Shown here: positions 63,596 through 64,000 of the stretch, one piece after another | Position numbering within the stretch: position 1 is the first letter of the stretch | Layout: each line of letters opens with the position of its first letter | Assembly (NCBI GenBank): GCA_963841435.1 | Contig: CAWJCS010000002.1 | Coordinates: 448,001-512,000 of the forward strand | Direction of reading: 5' to 3' | Length of the DNA: 64,000 nucleotides | Source: an uncultured delta proteobacterium | GTDB lineage: Bacteria; Myxococcota_A; Polyangia; Polyangiales; Polyangiaceae | Translations under genes and position numbers: made by a program | The notes under the pieces: model-generated | The model's database searches: none | What the model was told of the DNA's origin: nothing | Seen by the model: the letters and a program-made list of their open reading frames with translations, nothing else

Positions 63596-64000
63596 ATGTC
63601 GGTGTTCATGGCATTCGATCTCCCGCCAGCACCGGTCGCAGAGACCGGTTACGCGCGCGGCCAGGTCCTCGCCGATCGATACGAGCTGACGCGAATCCTC
63701 GGTCAAGGTGGAACCGCCGTCGTATGGGTCGCGCGCGATTCCGTGCTCGATGTCAACGTAGCCGCCAAGATCGTGTTGCGCAGCGGAAACGAGCTCTCGA
63801 GCGAGGCGCGCGAGCGCGCCATCCAGGAAGCACGTCTCACCGCGCAGCTGACGGACCCGGCAATCTGCCGAGTGCTCGATTTCGGCTTCACCGAGCACGG
63901 AGATCCCTTCGTCGTCTCCGAGCTCCTCGTGGGTGAGACGCTGGAGGGCCACCTGACGCGCGTTGGTTGCCTTTTACCGGTCCAGGCCGTGCGGCTCCTC
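63596..64000 (+). CDS. Ser/Thr protein kinase, N-terminal part (runs off window end)
   Basis: Manual translation: LADRYELTRILGQGGTAVVWVARD..VAAKIV..QEARLTAQL..RVLDFG; start 63596 or 63608. Confidence 0.85.
   Translation, partial: MSVFMAFDLPPAPVAETGYARGQVLADRYELTRILGQGGTAVVWVARDSVLDVNVAAKIVLRSGNELSSEARERAIQEARLTAQLTDPAICRVLDFGFTEHGDPFVVSELLVGETLEGHLTRVGCLLPVQAVRLL

Overview
High-GC window, most likely from a Myxococcota (Polyangiaceae/Sorangium-like) genome. The evidence is a MYXO-CTERM protein, myxococcal Cys-rich repeats, Ser/Thr kinase plus TPR/PEGA genes and many Gly-rich-tethered lipoproteins. I recognised no rRNA, tRNA, CRISPR array or intact mobile element. The window is dominated by cell-surface and carbohydrate-related genes. 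(1) Four paralogous pairs of a DUF1592-type haem-motif lipoprotein and a Tat-exported DUF1552 protein. (2) A sugar oxidoreductase/TIM-barrel/ThuA/porin/MFS locus. (3) An ECF sigma-FecR-beta-barrel-lipoprotein module whose GH27/NPCBM lipoprotein has lost both catalytic aspartates, a candidate pseudoenzyme sugar sensor and the most interesting signal here. (4) A membrane-anchored TIR protein facing an EGF/LRR/beta-helix gene, and a lipoprotein HiPIP. (5) A TetR-TolC-HlyD-ABC efflux operon. (6) Two 2OG-Fe(II) oxygenases and two CE1-like esterases. Four genes carry five single-base frameshifts (probably long-read errors) and TolC has an in-frame TGA. All family calls come from motif recognition by eye; no searches were run.
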